A stretch of 64,000 nt of DNA. Origin: Eledone cirrhosa. Lineage: Eukaryota. The stretch lies in assembly GCA_964016885.1 (NCBI GenBank), contig OZ024742.1:21948001-22012000 (forward strand), written 5' to 3'. The position numbers and the translations under genes were made by a program. Below are positions 45,808-60,509 of this stretch, piece by piece. The notes under the pieces were generated by a model. That model had not been told where the DNA came from. It worked only from the letters and a program-made list of their open reading frames with translations, and did not search any database. The first letter of the stretch is position 1. Each line of letters starts with the position of its first letter.

Positions 45808-46694
45808 CAAAAATGTTCATCTATATTAGGGAAAAACGAAACCTCTTGGTATTAATTAAAAGTTTTCAAGTATTCTTCTATTCTGATAGCAAAAGAAAAC
45901 TGTAGAAAGAATGGTAAGTGTTACTTATTCCTTGGAAATACGAAAATAGACTATGAAAGCTGAAGGTTTGTGGTATTTTGGTTCTATTTGGAATTGGTAG
46001 CTTGAGTAAACTCTGTATCATTTCATGTCTCGGTAGAATTAGCTTCTTAATAAAACTATGATAGTGACTCTCAACATAGGAAGAAGTGTTGTGACATATC
46101 AGCTTCTTAAGATTCGCCATTTTAGTTCTGTGATGAAGTGTCACGGCAGAAAAGTGTTTTTTTTATAATTTAATTTTTTTTTTCTATCTGATGTATGTGT
46201 GTGTGTGTGTATGTGTATGCTTGAGTGTGTGTGAGAGAGAGTGTGTGAGTGTAAGTGTGTATATACCTGTGTTTGAGTATGTCTGAGTGTGTGTATGTAA
46301 GTGTGAGTGTGTCTGCTGCCTGTGAGCGTGTGTGTGTGTGTATGTGCATGAGTGTTTGTGTGTGTGTGTGTTGTGTGTATGAGTGTGTTCGTGAGTAAGT
46401 GTTTGTGAATGTAAGTGTGTATCTGCCTGTGTGTGAGTTTGTCTGAGTGTATGTATGTGAGTGTGTGTCTTCTGCCTGTGAGCGTGTGTGTGTGTGTGTG
46501 TGTATCGGCATGAGTGTGTGTCTGCCTGTGTGTGTTTGATTGTTTGCCTGTATGTGAGTGAGTGTGTGTGTATATGCATGGATAAGTGTGTGGTTGTGTG
46601 CATGTGTGTGCGTGAATAAGTGTGTGTATGTATGACACAAAAGGAAGTTGTGTATGTATGCGTTTATGGGCAAGATGGGATAGGAGAGACAGTA

Positions 46695-46748
<54 letters not shown>

Positions 46749-47197
46749 TATACTCTAATTAATCATGAGTTTATATTGACAGCCATAACTTTATATTGTA
46801 GCCAATATATCATAAAAAGACGCTGGACAATATGTCAGTGTTTGTATTCACTGAGACACATCGATATGACATGTATATTTAGTGTCGTGTCTATAACAAA
46901 GTGTCGTGTATATAACCAAGTGTCGTGTCTGTAGCCAACTACTGTGTCTATAAACAAATACCGTGTCTATATCCAAATACTGCGTCTATAGCCAAGCGCC
47001 ATATCTTTAGCCCATCTCGGTGTCTCTAACTAAATACTCTGTTTCAAATCAAATACTGGGTCTATACATGTTGAGCATATTTTTCTCGTTTTTGTAAACC
47101 TTAACATACAGATATATGTGGTGTGTGTGTGCGTGTGTTTCTGTGTGTATCTATGTATACATATATGTGTGTGTATGTGTGTTTGTGTGTGTTTGGT

Positions 47198-47232
<35 letters not shown>

Positions 47233-47234
<2 letters not shown>

Positions 47235-47409
47235 CAAAGACGATGTGGTAAGATATCAAGTGGACCACAACGCACCAGAGTACTCAATACTTAGGGTAGT
47301 AGAGTTGGTAATAGGAAAAGAGTCAAGATCCCGAACCCGACGGTTCAGTTCGGATCTAGCTGTCGCAACGACCGGAGCTCAGCCGTCGGGCTCCTGACTC
47401 TTTTCCTAT
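47233..47409 (-). mobile_element. Short Penelope-like end with a GC-rich fold-back (47309-47409), in (TA)n
   Basis: Arms taggaaaagagtca/tgactcttttccta and cccgacgg/ccgtcggg. Carries the TTGAGTA-N11-TGTGGT tail motif. Confidence 0.5.
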
Positions 47410-47420
47410 ATATATATATA

Positions 47421-47503
<83 letters not shown>

Positions 47504-47721
47504 CCAACGTAAGTTATAAATTTGGTTGTAAAAAATGAAAATGATCAACAATATGATCATTTGGCCGATCAAATACAACACTATCTCGTAGGCTAACTAT
47601 GCATTTCCAAATTGCATCACTCTATATCTAATATACAAAGCTAGAGAGGAAAATATAAATGGACAATACATTCATATATAGAATTTACCCCACTCACTCA
47701 CACACGCACACAAACATGTAC

Positions 47722-47755
<34 letters not shown>

Positions 47756-48129
47756 CACACACACAAACTCATGCTTGCGCACGTGCTCAAGTATAGCTCT
47801 TTTTACAAAACGATTTTTTTCCAATTTCAGGTAGACGCGCGCCATCATCCACTTCTAAAAAACATATCATACACAAAATGCCAGCACCAACAGTTTTGCA
47901 AGAGATGTCAACATGAATGGACCTGTTATTTTTATCTAAAGACATTTTTTCCAATTCCATCCCGCCCGTCCCCTTAATCTATTTTATTTCTCATTCTTTC
48001 TTCTGACTAGCGTCCGAAATGTTAAGACCCTCTTCCTGCTATATCAAGCGTTAACCTAATATATACCTTCCATATACTGTACCGATTATGTTGTTATTTC
48101 TGTTTAACTTTTACATACATATATATATG

Positions 48130-48162
<33 letters not shown>

Positions 48163-48902
48163 TTATTTGTATATATATATTCAGGAACAAAAGGTTGAAT
48201 ATTTGTTTGTATATATATATAAACCCACATGTGTCTGTTTGTACGTGTGTAGGTTTGTATGTGTGTATGTTTACATGTGTATGTTCGTATGTGTGAATGC
48301 TTCCATGTGTGTCTATTTGCATGTGTGTCTGTTTGCTTATATGTGCAAGTCCACACGAACATCAATGCTCTCTGCTGTCTAAACTAAAAGCATACGATCG
48401 AGCGATGTTAATTTCTCGTCAAGTTCTTATTTTTTTGTTGCAAAATAAAACATCTAAATAAATCTGTATTTAAACATACAAATGTCAAATATTTTTGATA
48501 AAAGGGTTTCACAGCTGGTGAGACTAAACCTGATAGAAATAGTTTATTCCTACCTTCTTAATCCTATTGAAAAGCAATATATATATATAATAATAATAAT
48601 ACGTCACTATTGCTAGCAACAAAATCTCTTTCCCGGACATATAATTCATCTCACATCAGAAGAAAAAGAAACTGTCCTTAAAACGGAAGCTGTTATTTCA
48701 CGTCATAACACAAACGGCCATTTTAAAATAAAATTTCATCTCGAATCATTTGAGCTTTGTAGATCTTTCGTTTTCTATTCAAACAGCTTTTAAACTAAAA
48801 ACAGCTTAATGGAAGTAGCCTTTAAGCTATACAATACTTTAGGATATTTTGGCATGGAATTATAGTGTGTACACTTGTGTGTTTGTATCCGTATGAGTGT
48901 GT

Positions 48903-49027
<125 letters not shown>

Positions 49028-50010
49028 CTTTTTACATCTATTTTTTATTCGTTTGAAATCGCAGCCATTTTGAAGTAGAGAGATCGTTTATTCACTAATT
49101 TTTCATTCCTGTCACATTATGCTATACCGAAGCATTTAGTTCCGCTATCACTGCACTCTGCTCCATTTTATCTCATGTTTCCTGTAGATTACTATTTCAT
49201 TGCCAAATAGAACTGATTCCAATAAAACGGATGTTATTATTTAACACACAACTCATGAGTCAAACAACCATTTGTTTGTTGATTGAAAAAATAAAACTGA
49301 AAATCATTTTAAATCTTCCTGGAATTATTGTAATTCTATTGCTGTTTGCTTCAGCAATTTCGTTGGATAAAAATAAACCATTTTCTGTCGTCCAAATTTT
49401 TTTTTGTTCGTGCAATTTAATCCGGATATTGAGTGTTCTCACAAACATGCAAGCAAATATGGTATATAAGTTCATACATTTCTGATACAGTGCATTAAAT
49501 CTATTATGATTGCTGAGAGATCAGAAATTATGTGTAAACGTCCAATCAAATAATGTCAAATAAGTTTGAAGTGTTTACTACAACATTGATAGTTCTCTGA
49601 TGGGATGGGATGATAAGAAACAAATTTAACGTTTCAATAATGAAACTATAGAAATTAACTGAATTAAATACATTTAAAGAAGTGACGAATATAATAGATA
49701 AGAGTAAATCTGAATTTAAACGTTAATTTCTATTGTAATGAAAGTGCAGACTGTATTTATAGTAGACTAACTAGGCAGTCAACTAAGAGATGAGAGGTCC
49801 TTGTCACTTGTATTGTTTGTAGGTCTCAACAGCTTATCACAGATAGTTCTCAATAATCCATATACGACGTTGTAAAATTCGATAATACAAGTAATAACAG
49901 TAGAGTTACACTAAAAAGTAATTCGTGGAGGTCAAGCGACCCATTAGAAGGAATAAAACGATTTATCCGTAGTTTAGAAGACCCCTTTAAAATGGCCTCT
50001 TCCTCAAATA

Positions 50011-50649
50011 GACAGAGCCGCACAATACATAGATTGGGTAATGTGTAAGCATTTTAACCTGCTCCATCAAAAGAATTGGTGGGAGCATCAACCCCCCCCC
50101 CCCCTACTTGAAAAAGGTCACATCTCAATTTTGTGGAACTTAAGCATCCAAACAGACCGAAAGATAGATGCAAATAGACCTGATATAATACTGAAGGACT
50201 TTAAAAAGAGGGTATGCCTGCTAATTGATATGTCCGTGCCAATCGACACGAATGTATCTATAAAAACATTTGAAAAATTGAGCAAGTATAAAGACTTGGA
50301 GATAGATATTGGAAAAATGTGGAAGTTGAGAGCTAAAACAATACCAGTGGTTGTAGGCGCCCTAGCAATGATACCTAATGGATCTAATGATTACTTATCC
50401 CAAATCCCAGGAAACCCGCGTATAGAAGAAATACTAAAGATAGTACTAATGGGAACTGCCCATATACTAAGGAAGATTCTGTCAATATAAGTACATCACA
50501 AGTCTAAACACCTAAAGATGCATGTGTGTGTATGTACGTTCTTTCTTGGACATGGCGGACCTTGTTGTCTCTTGAGGTCACTGGTTGTGACTTGGTGATA
50601 ACTCGTATGAACATAATGGAAGATAAATGAAAAATATATATATAATAAT

Positions 50650-50655
<6 letters not shown>
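50011..50655 (+). mobile_element. 5'-truncated R4/Dong-like copy, same family as 32520-36472
   Basis: ORF 50041-50490 is closely similar to 32660-33343 and has the same 3'UTR. (AAT)n follows. Confidence 0.92.
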
Positions 50656-50733
<78 letters not shown>

Positions 50734-52217
50734 TTACATTTACATGTATATATTGTATCGAAGAAATATTCTTTATACTAAAAAGTAAGAACTCTATTAA
50801 TTTGAGGAATAATTTATTTAGTTCTTGCAAACATCGTTTAAATTCAACTTTTAAATATATATATAAAATGTAATATACAACTTATCTCTTTTACATAATG
50901 TCTTCTATATCCATATATGATTCATATACTTAACTTATTTTCTATTATCTCTACTTCACATGTATATTATTACACATATCTATAGATCATTAAATTCCTT
51001 TATATGACTGCTTGAAACTCCTTTAAGGAAAATCTTTTCTTGATAAACTTACTGAAGGGTTTAAGAAAATCTTTTGAAAATTCCTTTGAAGGATATAGAA
51101 AAACTATATTTTTATATTCTTATATTTTTTCAAAGTTTTTTAATATATATATCCAAATGTTTATATATATGTGAAAAACATATGGTTTTTTGTGTATGTG
51201 TGGAGTAACCTATGGTTTATGCTTTAAATATATTCTTATGAAAAATGTTTATGCTTTATGCTTTAAATATATTCTTATAGAAAATTTTTTAAATGTTATA
51301 ACTTTATAGCAAGTAAATTTATAAATTTATGACTTCGTATAAAATAACATAAGGTTCATGTTCTAATTACATTCTTAAGATAGAAAATTTAACTTCTTAA
51401 CTTTATGGCATTTATTCCTTAGAGTCATCTGAGTTATTAATAAATCACTTATAACTTCATTTACGCTCCTCTACTGTTATTATAATACAACTAAGTAATT
51501 TTTTACTTACACATTTTAATAAAATAAACTATAATATATATATCATTTTTTAATAATTTATAATTCTTAACATACACATTTAAACTAATTATTAAATTAT
51601 TAATTAAACCTTTAATGAAATTTATTAATTTATTAATTAAACCTTTAATCAAATTTTTTCAACCTATCATTATAAATATTATAATCAAAACATAACGAAT
51701 CCTGCTTTATTATTCCTCCACGCTACCCTCATTTCTTCGTTTCTTCTTCTTTCCTCACACGTAAACATACTTACGCTATATTTGCCCTTTGTAACTAATA
51801 TTTTCTCTCACTTAAAAATAAATCACCCTCTCTTCTCTTCACACTATTTTCACTGTCAAAAATATATATAATCATGCCTTCTTTTTCTCTTTCTTTTTTT
51901 TTCTCTCTCCCTCACAATATCACCTTCTTCCAACAGTTTAATTTAAATAAACCGTTATCTTTTCAACCTTTCGGACACTCATTTGCATACTCAATCATAA
52001 CTTTCTATCACCCTCAATAAATGTAATATCTCCACTATCCAGGAAGCTCCAACAGGTAAGGTTGTCTTTTTTCAGGGTATGTCAATATTTATTTATAAAA
52101 CTAATCTGTATTGTATTTTATCTGATGAAAGCGCACCATAATTTTCCTTGGTGGCCCTTAAAATATGTATAATAAAATAAATATGGTTTTATAAATATAG
52201 TTTCCATTTGTTAATAT

Positions 52218-52278
<61 letters not shown>

Positions 52279-52436
52279 ATACTTTGGGAGGGTCATGTTG
52301 CCAATAAGAAACACACGCACCAGTTGCTTTCACTTCAATTTATTATATATTTATAAATTTATCAATTTACAAATCTACAAACTTATAAATTTCTGGTTGG
52401 TTGGTTGGTTCCACAACCAGATAGTTGTTTATATAT

Positions 52437-52481
52437 AGTCATAGTCCTTTCGTCACACACTCTATGACCTCTTCAGTGACT
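52437..52481 (-). ncRNA. Minimal type I hammerhead ribozyme
   Basis: Minus strand: AGTCA-CTGAAGA-g gtca tagagtgtg tgac-GAAA-GGAC-TA-TGACT. Confidence 0.75.
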
Positions 52482-52995
52482 GGGGATTCCTTTCTTTGTT
52501 TCTGTGCCTTTGTTTCTGTGCCTTTGTTTCTGTGCCTTTCCTTTCTTCTCAATTGGGGTGGCAATCCACACACACAAAATAGTTAAAGTTTTATGAAGGA
52601 GAGGAATACGACTTATTCTCTCCGTCAAACAATGGGTTCTGTACTAGTATTTGATAAATAATTATTTCTTAATATAATAAATATCAAGAAAATATATGAA
52701 AATATATTGGTAAGCCAATTTTTAATGGGTTTAAATATTTCTTCCCAATAAATTAATTCTATAAACATGTTATCTAAATAAATGTTAGAACGATGAAGTG
52801 TGAACACAATTCTTCAATCAATAACAGTTTGAATACCTTGTCAATTTATTAACAAATAATTATCTATGATATGGTGTGTGAAAGTTAACCTATCAACAAT
52901 CGCTTTTACCTTCCTTGGCATTGTTTTAATGTTATTGACTTTAAGTTTTTGTTAAGTAACACGTATAATTTACTATGTATCTTATATATGTTTCA

Positions 52996-53720
52996 GGCTC
53001 TACAGACATGGGCGCCCGGGTAGGGACCCTTCGAAAAAGATCTGTCCCAGATGCGTGTGCGACGAGGAAACCGTTGCACACGCATTGGTACACTGCTCGG
53101 GCATTGCCGATCTGTGGGGCTATGTCGAACAACTGCTGTCAAGGGTGGGACCGATCCAGTTGACCACCGAGTCTATTGTAACGATCAAGCCGCCTCCCCT
53201 CTTCAAAAACGAAGGAGAGGCGGTGTTTCTGTGCGTAATAGCCATGGCGAAAGAGGTTGTATAGTGGACGCGTCTGAAAGGACTGAGGTCAGACACCTTT
53301 CTCTCTGGCCAACAACTGGTCCGTTTCTTTCGATATCATTTCGGAAGAAGGATCAGGATGGAGAGAGAGGTGCTGCACCCCAGCCGTTTTTATGAAAGAT
53401 GGGTGAAAGTGGCGAGAATGGCCCGTGTGAATGGGCCTTCACTCTAGATCAGACTATAGGTGAGAAAGATGAAAGACCAAGGGAGCACCCCCTCTCTGTG
53501 CTCCTGAGGAGAAGGGTTGCACACTTTATTTCGGGGGGGCGACCCCCCAAGGCGCCTACTCTCTATTGAGGATTTTGTTATAAATTTTATTTTGTTATAT
53601 TTTATTTTATTTTTATATTTTGTTATTGCCTCCTCCTTATTGAGGACGCCTTGCTATGTAAACTCGCCCCATTGTACTTGTCCCACTTTTTGATGCCCTG
53701 GTGGCAAATAAAAAGAAAAT
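52996..53720 (+). mobile_element. 5'-truncated Tx1-like family B copy with an 18-bp target-site duplication
   Basis: Matches 20366-21100. TATCTTATATATGTTTCA occurs at 52978-52995 and 53721-53738. Confidence 0.92.
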
Positions 53721-53857
53721 TATCTTATATATGTTTCACACACTTAATCTTATTATGTTGGAAACCACGTAAGACGTATATATATATACAGCATTGTGTC
53801 ATTTGCTTTGTTATATCTGTTTATTTTTTTCATATATATATTTATGTGTGTGTGTGT

Positions 53858-54165
53858 AAAAGGTCTCTCTTGCGACCCTAAACTCCGCCAGATGCAGGCT
53901 GCGCATCAACATGAGATATTTTTCTCCACAAAGTTCAATCACCAGCAGCAGAGTTCAAAGATCAAGTCCAGTCCATAACTTGACATTATCAAGCCATCGT
54001 TTTGGCTGCTGGCCTCTGCTTCTTTTACCAGCCAACCTTCCGTCCAGGCATAACTTACTCACACCACGAGTTGATATTTTTATATGACCGTATAGTTTGA
54101 GTACTCTTGACTTGACAATTGATATAATTGGTCTAAGTTTAGTAATGTTGAGTAGCTCACTGATG
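53858..54165 (-). mobile_element. 3' fragment of an RTE-clade LINE
   Basis: KSRVLKLYGHI...LDGRLAGKRSRGQQPKRWLDNVKLWTG. Confidence 0.8.
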
Positions 54166-54379
54166 ATTGAGAAAGTGATGTAAAAGGTAAACAGAAATAA
54201 CAACAAACAGCACATTACAAGAACGAAATATATTAGTTTAACGCATGAAATAGCAGCAGGAAGAGCGTCTTAAAGTTTCAAACACTATTCTTATCAGAAG
54301 ATAGAATTAGAAATAGAAGATAAGGGGGGAGAACACGTGCATATTCAGTCAACCATATATATATATATATATATATATA

Positions 54380-54908
54380 TTAGCCGAATTACCCGCGCCT
54401 TGCTGCGTTTCACACTTTTTCTGTAAGAAAATGATGATTTTTGTTGATAATTTTTGTTGTCATAATTCTAGTGATGTTTTGCCATATAATTTTACTATAA
54501 AAGAGAGGTGCTTTTTTGTTGATCTATGTTTAATTAATAGAAAAAACCCGTGATAATAGAGATGCCAATACTCAAGTTATGGGCTTCCAAAGTTTTCACT
54601 ATAGGGGGTTTAACCCCATTAGGGTGTCTTAATATTATTGAAATTTGCTGAAATTTTGTGAATAGGTATCATATCTTGTCATTTACCTATGGTTTAAATT
54701 TCATATAAATCGAAGGAAAAAGATATTCAGCGGGGTGTGTGCCCCCGGGGAACCCTTTGATTAAAATGAAATATACTTATCCAAATACCCTGGGCAATGT
54801 AGTTTCAGAATATATATGGTTATGTGGGTCTATCTCCAAAACCATAGGAGGAGTTCGTGAACAAACAAACACACAAACAGACAGAAACTACAACTTTATA
54901 TATATAGA
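54380..54908 (-). mobile_element. Non-autonomous Helitron
   Basis: The minus strand starts A|TCTATATATATAAAG followed by a CTGT-type repeat. It ends with a GC-rich hairpin and CTAA|T. Confidence 0.7.
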
Positions 54909-55454
54909 TATATTAGTTTACTCAGCTTACAGTTCAGTGCCATAAAACCGACAACTGACCTTTGGTTAGTAGTTTAAATGCTCCGTTCTGTCCTAAAATT
55001 GACCTCGCTGCAAGTCTCCAATTTTATCATATAACGAGAGTTTAATTCCGGAAAGGAAAGATAAATACACATAAGTATCAACACCGGGCCAACTTTTGTC
55101 TTACCTTTCATCTGACGTCGCTGTTAGCGAACAAGATGGTGAGAAGGATGACGAAGATAATTCTTGAAAGCAATTCTGGAAATAAATGTAACAAAAGCTA
55201 GAATAATGGACATACTTGATTCCAGCTATTAGCGTAGAAAGGAGCGATGTACGCTAAGCTATAACAAATTACACCTCCATTCTACTGATGTCTTGTAAAT
55301 AAAATTATTAACAGGGCTGAAGAGCTTGCTGCGCTATACAGCTTCATTCTAAAATCAATATCGTCCTTTTCCAGCAGAAACGCTCTGATTCACAATGGAA
55401 GTGAAAGTAAATGTTACTGATTGAACATTGGAATGTAACTGATAGAGCCGCCAT

Positions 55455-55645
55455 ATTGTTGTTGTTGGTGGTGGTGGTGGTGATGGTGGTGGTGGTGGTA
55501 GTGATGTCGTTGTTGATGTTGTTGATGATGTTGTTGCTGCTGTTGTTGCTGTTGCTGCTGTTGTTGTTGTTGTTGTTATTGTTGGTGGTGGTGTTGTTGT
55601 TGTTGTTGTTGCTGTTGTTGTTGTTGGTGTTGTTGTTGTTGTTGT

Positions 55646-55736
<91 letters not shown>

Positions 55737-55759
55737 GCTGCTGCTGCTGTTGCTGCTGG

Positions 55760-55791
<32 letters not shown>

Positions 55792-55810
55792 TTGTTGTCG
55801 CTGTTGTTGC

Positions 55811-55862
<52 letters not shown>

Positions 55863-56252
55863 GCTGCTGTCGTTGTTGTTGTTGCTGTTGTTGTTGTCGT
55901 TGCTGTTGTCGTTGTTGTTGTCGTTGCTGCTGTTGTTGTTGTCGTTGTTGTTGCTGTCGTTGTTATTATCGTTGTCGTTGATGTTGTTGTTGGTGTTGTT
56001 GTTGTTGTTGTTGTTTTTGTTGTTGTTGGTGTTGGTGTTGTTGTTGTTGTTGTCGTTGCTGTTGTTGTTGTTGTTGTCGTTCTTGTTGTTGTTGTTGTCG
56101 TTGTTTTTGTTTTTGTTGTTGCTGCTGTTGTTGTTGTTGTTAATGTCGTTGTTGTTGTTGTCGTTGTTGATGGTGTTGTTGTTGTTAATGTCGTTGTTGC
56201 CGTTGCTGTTGTTGCTGCTGTTGTCGTTGTTCTCGTTGTTGTTGTTGCTGTT
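55455..56252. repeat. (TTG)n microsatellite, about 800 bp
   Basis: Direct reading. Confidence 0.95.
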
Positions 56253-58140
56253 AGATATATTTATAATAGTGTTCTCAATGTTATGGCAAATGCTACTGCC
56301 GTCGTGGTTATTGTTTCTGTTGAAAGGAAAAAGTCAAAATTGACCTCGCCCTGATTTGGACTCTGAACGTACTGAGTAAAAACAACTGGATAGTTGTAAT
56401 AAATACATGGTCTTGTAACTCCCGAGAGTGTGGTAAGGGTGCCGTAATAGCATGCGGGATTTCAAGGGCATTTTAAAACCTGGCTGAGTCCATCTCCTCT
56501 CCAAGTCTGAATACAGCAGATTTTCTTTTTCCAGAGAAGGATAGAGAGTGAGAAAGAGATATAGAGGAAGAATCGACCCCAGTACTCAGTTGGTACTTTT
56601 TATCGACCTCGGCGGGATTTCAACTCAGACAGTAGAGAGCCAGAAAGAATACCGTGAAGCACTCTATCCGATGTTTTAACTAGTCTAACAATTCACCGGC
56701 TGTGAAATTGCATAAATATCAACAAATTCCACCATGTTGACACGGTCATAGCATTCGCTTCGTTGACAGGAAAGAAAGTATAGAGTTTGTACAAAAGAAG
56801 TGATAGAAGCGACCTCGAATGGATGAAAAGCAAAGTTGATCTCGGCAGGGATTTGAACTCAGAGAACAGAGAGCCGGAACGAGTTGTAATAACAGCACCA
56901 CTTCAAAACTTATCTCTCAGTCCTCATTGTTCTCGTCAGCTACTAATTTCTTTTGACATTGAGTACTTTTGATTTAATGTAATGTGTTTATAAGATGATG
57001 GGAGGACGACGACAACGAAAGGTTGAAGTGTGCTTGTTCTTCTTAAGAATATTTTATGATCCTACATAGGAGGGTAGTACATTCATAGTGATACGAAGTC
57101 AGCTATTCAATGAATATATTTATATAAAACTTAGTTTAACCAGACCTTTATTTATCTTAACTTATAGTTAGACGTATAAAATGTTGAAATGCTTTTAAAA
57201 TATGATTGTGTCTATGTATTATTCACGATATCTTACAACCCGTTGGTAATTAGATATTGACAGGTTCAATAAAATATTTCTATGTGGATATACAGTCAAC
57301 TAAGATAAGTTTATAAGATGTGAAGAAATGTGAGATATGACTTTTGGCCAGGATCTGTTTTGAAAAATACTTTTAGCTCCCACCCTTCTCTCTCTCTCAC
57401 AAACACACATACACAAACACAGACAAACGCTCACACAAACGCACGAACCTACAAAAACACACACATATACACTCACTCTCATACAAAAATACACACACAC
57501 ACAAACACATACACACACGAAAAGACAAATACGCATCCACAGAAGCACACAAACACACGCAAACACACACACACAGAGTCACACTCACCCATACAAACAC
57601 ACAAACACACATAGAGAAACAAACTACACACCTACCCATATCTATATTGTTATATATTTAAAATACAATTATGACTAGAGGGAGATAGAATAAAAGCTAC
57701 GACATTGCCAATGAAGGAGAGAAGGGGAGAGAGGGAGGTGGAGGAGTTCCTTATTTACAAGAATTTCACAAAATTACATTAATATATCTTATAAACAAAT
57801 GAAACGCAAAGAACTCATAGAACTTTAGCAAGACACGTTCGTGGTAAACAAGTGACAATAGTTAGAAGAAGAATAAGAAGAAGAAGAAGAAGAAGAATCC
57901 CTAAGCTGATTTCTATCTATTGTTGTTCATATGTTGTTAATGTGTGTACGTTTAAGTGTGTTTCCCTGTCTTGCTATGTGTGTATGTGTGTGTATGCCGG
58001 TTGGTATGTGTATTTGTGTCTGTATATATATATATATATTTATATACATATGGGGGGGGGCGGTCGTATATATTTGTGTATCCGTGAGCTCCTTTGTTTT
58101 TACATATGCACTTGAGTGTGTGTTTCTGTGGTGTGAATTT

Positions 58141-58197
<57 letters not shown>

Positions 58198-58878
58198 CAT
58201 GTGTGTGTATGTATTCACATATCTATGTGTATAGGGTGGAGTTGTATTCTACCTAACAAAACCAACATCAGAAAGCACTTTGGAAAACATGGAAAAGCAA
58301 CTCATTATACAATTACATAATTTCTTTCCATAAATTCTTCGTTCAAGACAAATGGATGGAAGATCTTCATTTTCTTCTTCCATTCATCAATCAATAATCA
58401 TTTCAACTGTTTCCACAACAATCTTCTAATCGTTTCACTTCCTCTTTCTTCATTTTACAATTTCACTACAAAAAACATATTTCTGTTTCATAAAATATAT
58501 TGTGTTGTTAATGTTGTTGGTGATGATGATGATGATGATGATGATGGTGATGGTGGTGATGATGATGATGATGATGATGATGGTGATGGTGGTGATGATG
58601 AAGGTGATGATGATTTTGTTTGGCCCCAGGTTAAATCTAATTCAGTAAACCTACGATCAAAGAAAAGCATTCTAGTTGTTACTATTTTACTACTTGTTTT
58701 ATTTTTCCAGGCATAGTGTATATTGGTCTTGTTCTTTTAATGTGTCTATTCCACATTTCAGGACGGAAGTGTGTGTTATGGCTTCTCGTGTTAAGAGGAC
58801 CAACAACTACAGAGAAATTTACCACCATGAACTAAAGACTGTATATATTGTACTTAACACGATGTAGCTAATTGTGAA

Positions 58879-59645
58879 GGCGCGAGACTTAGTGGTAAGG
58901 GTAATCGGTTTATAATCGTAAGCTCATGAGTTCGATTCCTGTTGTGTCCTTCAGCAGGAAATGATATTTCCCGTTACACCAGTTCTCTCAGCTATGTAAT
59001 TCAAAGGATTATACATGTCACTCACTGTGTCATGTTGGATTTCCCTGTGAACTAACGTTAAAGGTACATATATCAGTGGAATGCTGAGACACTTATACTT
59101 TAATTTAACGAGCTGGCTGTTCTGTTCTTCGAACAATTAGAACACTCGTCGTTGCAACCGATGGAGGCCCAACACATAGTTATCAACAGACTATACATTG
59201 GCTTATACTGATAGTTGGTGTTGCTTTCTCGAATCCATACAATTAGTATATAGATGTGGAATGTTTGTGATGAGAGCAACCACATCATTGTATCCTCTCG
59301 ACCAGAAACTACTTACAATTGCCAGCTTTAGTGATATTACTATTCCCCATTCTAAAATCTAAAATCTAACGTCTGCCCCGAGCGCGGAAGTTTATCAGGG
59401 TGGTGCTTATCCCGTTTTTGTGGCGTGAAGCGACTAAGAGTACAAGACTCCTTCCTGGACATGAAGCCAGTCCATGACAGGGTTAAATCCCCAGACATTA
59501 CTGGTACTCATTTTCAGCTGAGTATACTGGAGCTACGTGAAATGAAATGTTTTGCTCAAGAACACAACACGCAACCCAGTCCAGGAATTGAACCTATAAC
59601 ACTATAATCGTAAGTTCCACATCCTTACCACTAGGCCACGCACCT
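58879..59645. mobile_element. Two CORE-like SINEs (58879-59168 on +, 59390-59645 on -)
   Basis: ggcgcg.g.cttagtggtaagg...gttc(g/a)attcct heads. Similar to the SINEs at 6910-7470. Confidence 0.7.
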
Positions 59646-60285
59646 CTACATTCAGCATTCTACAGGCATGTTTATCCCATCCCCTATTTGTTCTCTTTTT
59701 CTTCGTCTACGTCGAACGTGACGAAGGTCAAACTTTCCGAAACGTCTATATGTTTGCCATTTGTTCGCAGCATTGTTCGCAGCATTGTACTGCTCTTTTT
59801 TTTTCATTTTGTTCTGCCCTGTTTGTATTTGTTTGTTCAGAAATGTCCTTCGTGATGTAATCTGCTGAGTCATTTCCGTAAATATGTACCTGCTGTCTAA
59901 TTACATAACCATTGCTTTAATGACTTAACAGAAATATACCAACTACAGATTAAATAACACACACATACATACATACATACATATATATATATACATATAT
60001 ATATATATACACATACATAATGTATACATATATATATATATATATACATACATAATGTATACATATATATATATATATACGTAATGTATACACACACATA
60101 TATATATATACATATATATACACACACAGACATATATATGTGTGTGTGTGTGTGTATATGTATATATATATATATGTGTGTGTATACATTACGTATATAT
60201 CTATGATCGTCGGCAAATCACTGATGAGGGACTCATTTTATTACATGTTATCCATGTGCTACCTGCAGTATTTTTCTCTATATTT

Positions 60286-60323
<38 letters not shown>

Positions 60324-60331
60324 ACATTATG

Positions 60332-60373
<42 letters not shown>

Positions 60374-60509
60374 TTATGTATGTGTATATATATATATATG
60401 ATTAGACGCTCTCACAAGGAATGTTCCCGGCGTTATAGCTTTAATTAATCACGACTATATATGTTTCGAGTTGGGTGGTAAACATTGCTAAATATTGTTT
60501 AACTAAACC

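Noticed and set aside
55411-56343. 310-aa poly-Leu ORF
   Set aside because: It is a translation of a (TTG)n microsatellite with no domain.
58711-58835. Good acceptor (ttttatttttccag) followed by a hydrophobic, signal-peptide-like stretch IVYIGLVLLMCLFHISG
   Set aside because: No convincing donor or phase-compatible partner exon was found. The ATG|gtaagt near 45910 is the wrong phase.
59712-59756. HHR-like TGACGA-agg...cc-GAAA-CG-TC
   Set aside because: C3 and stem I are disrupted, so it is counted only as a decayed remnant.
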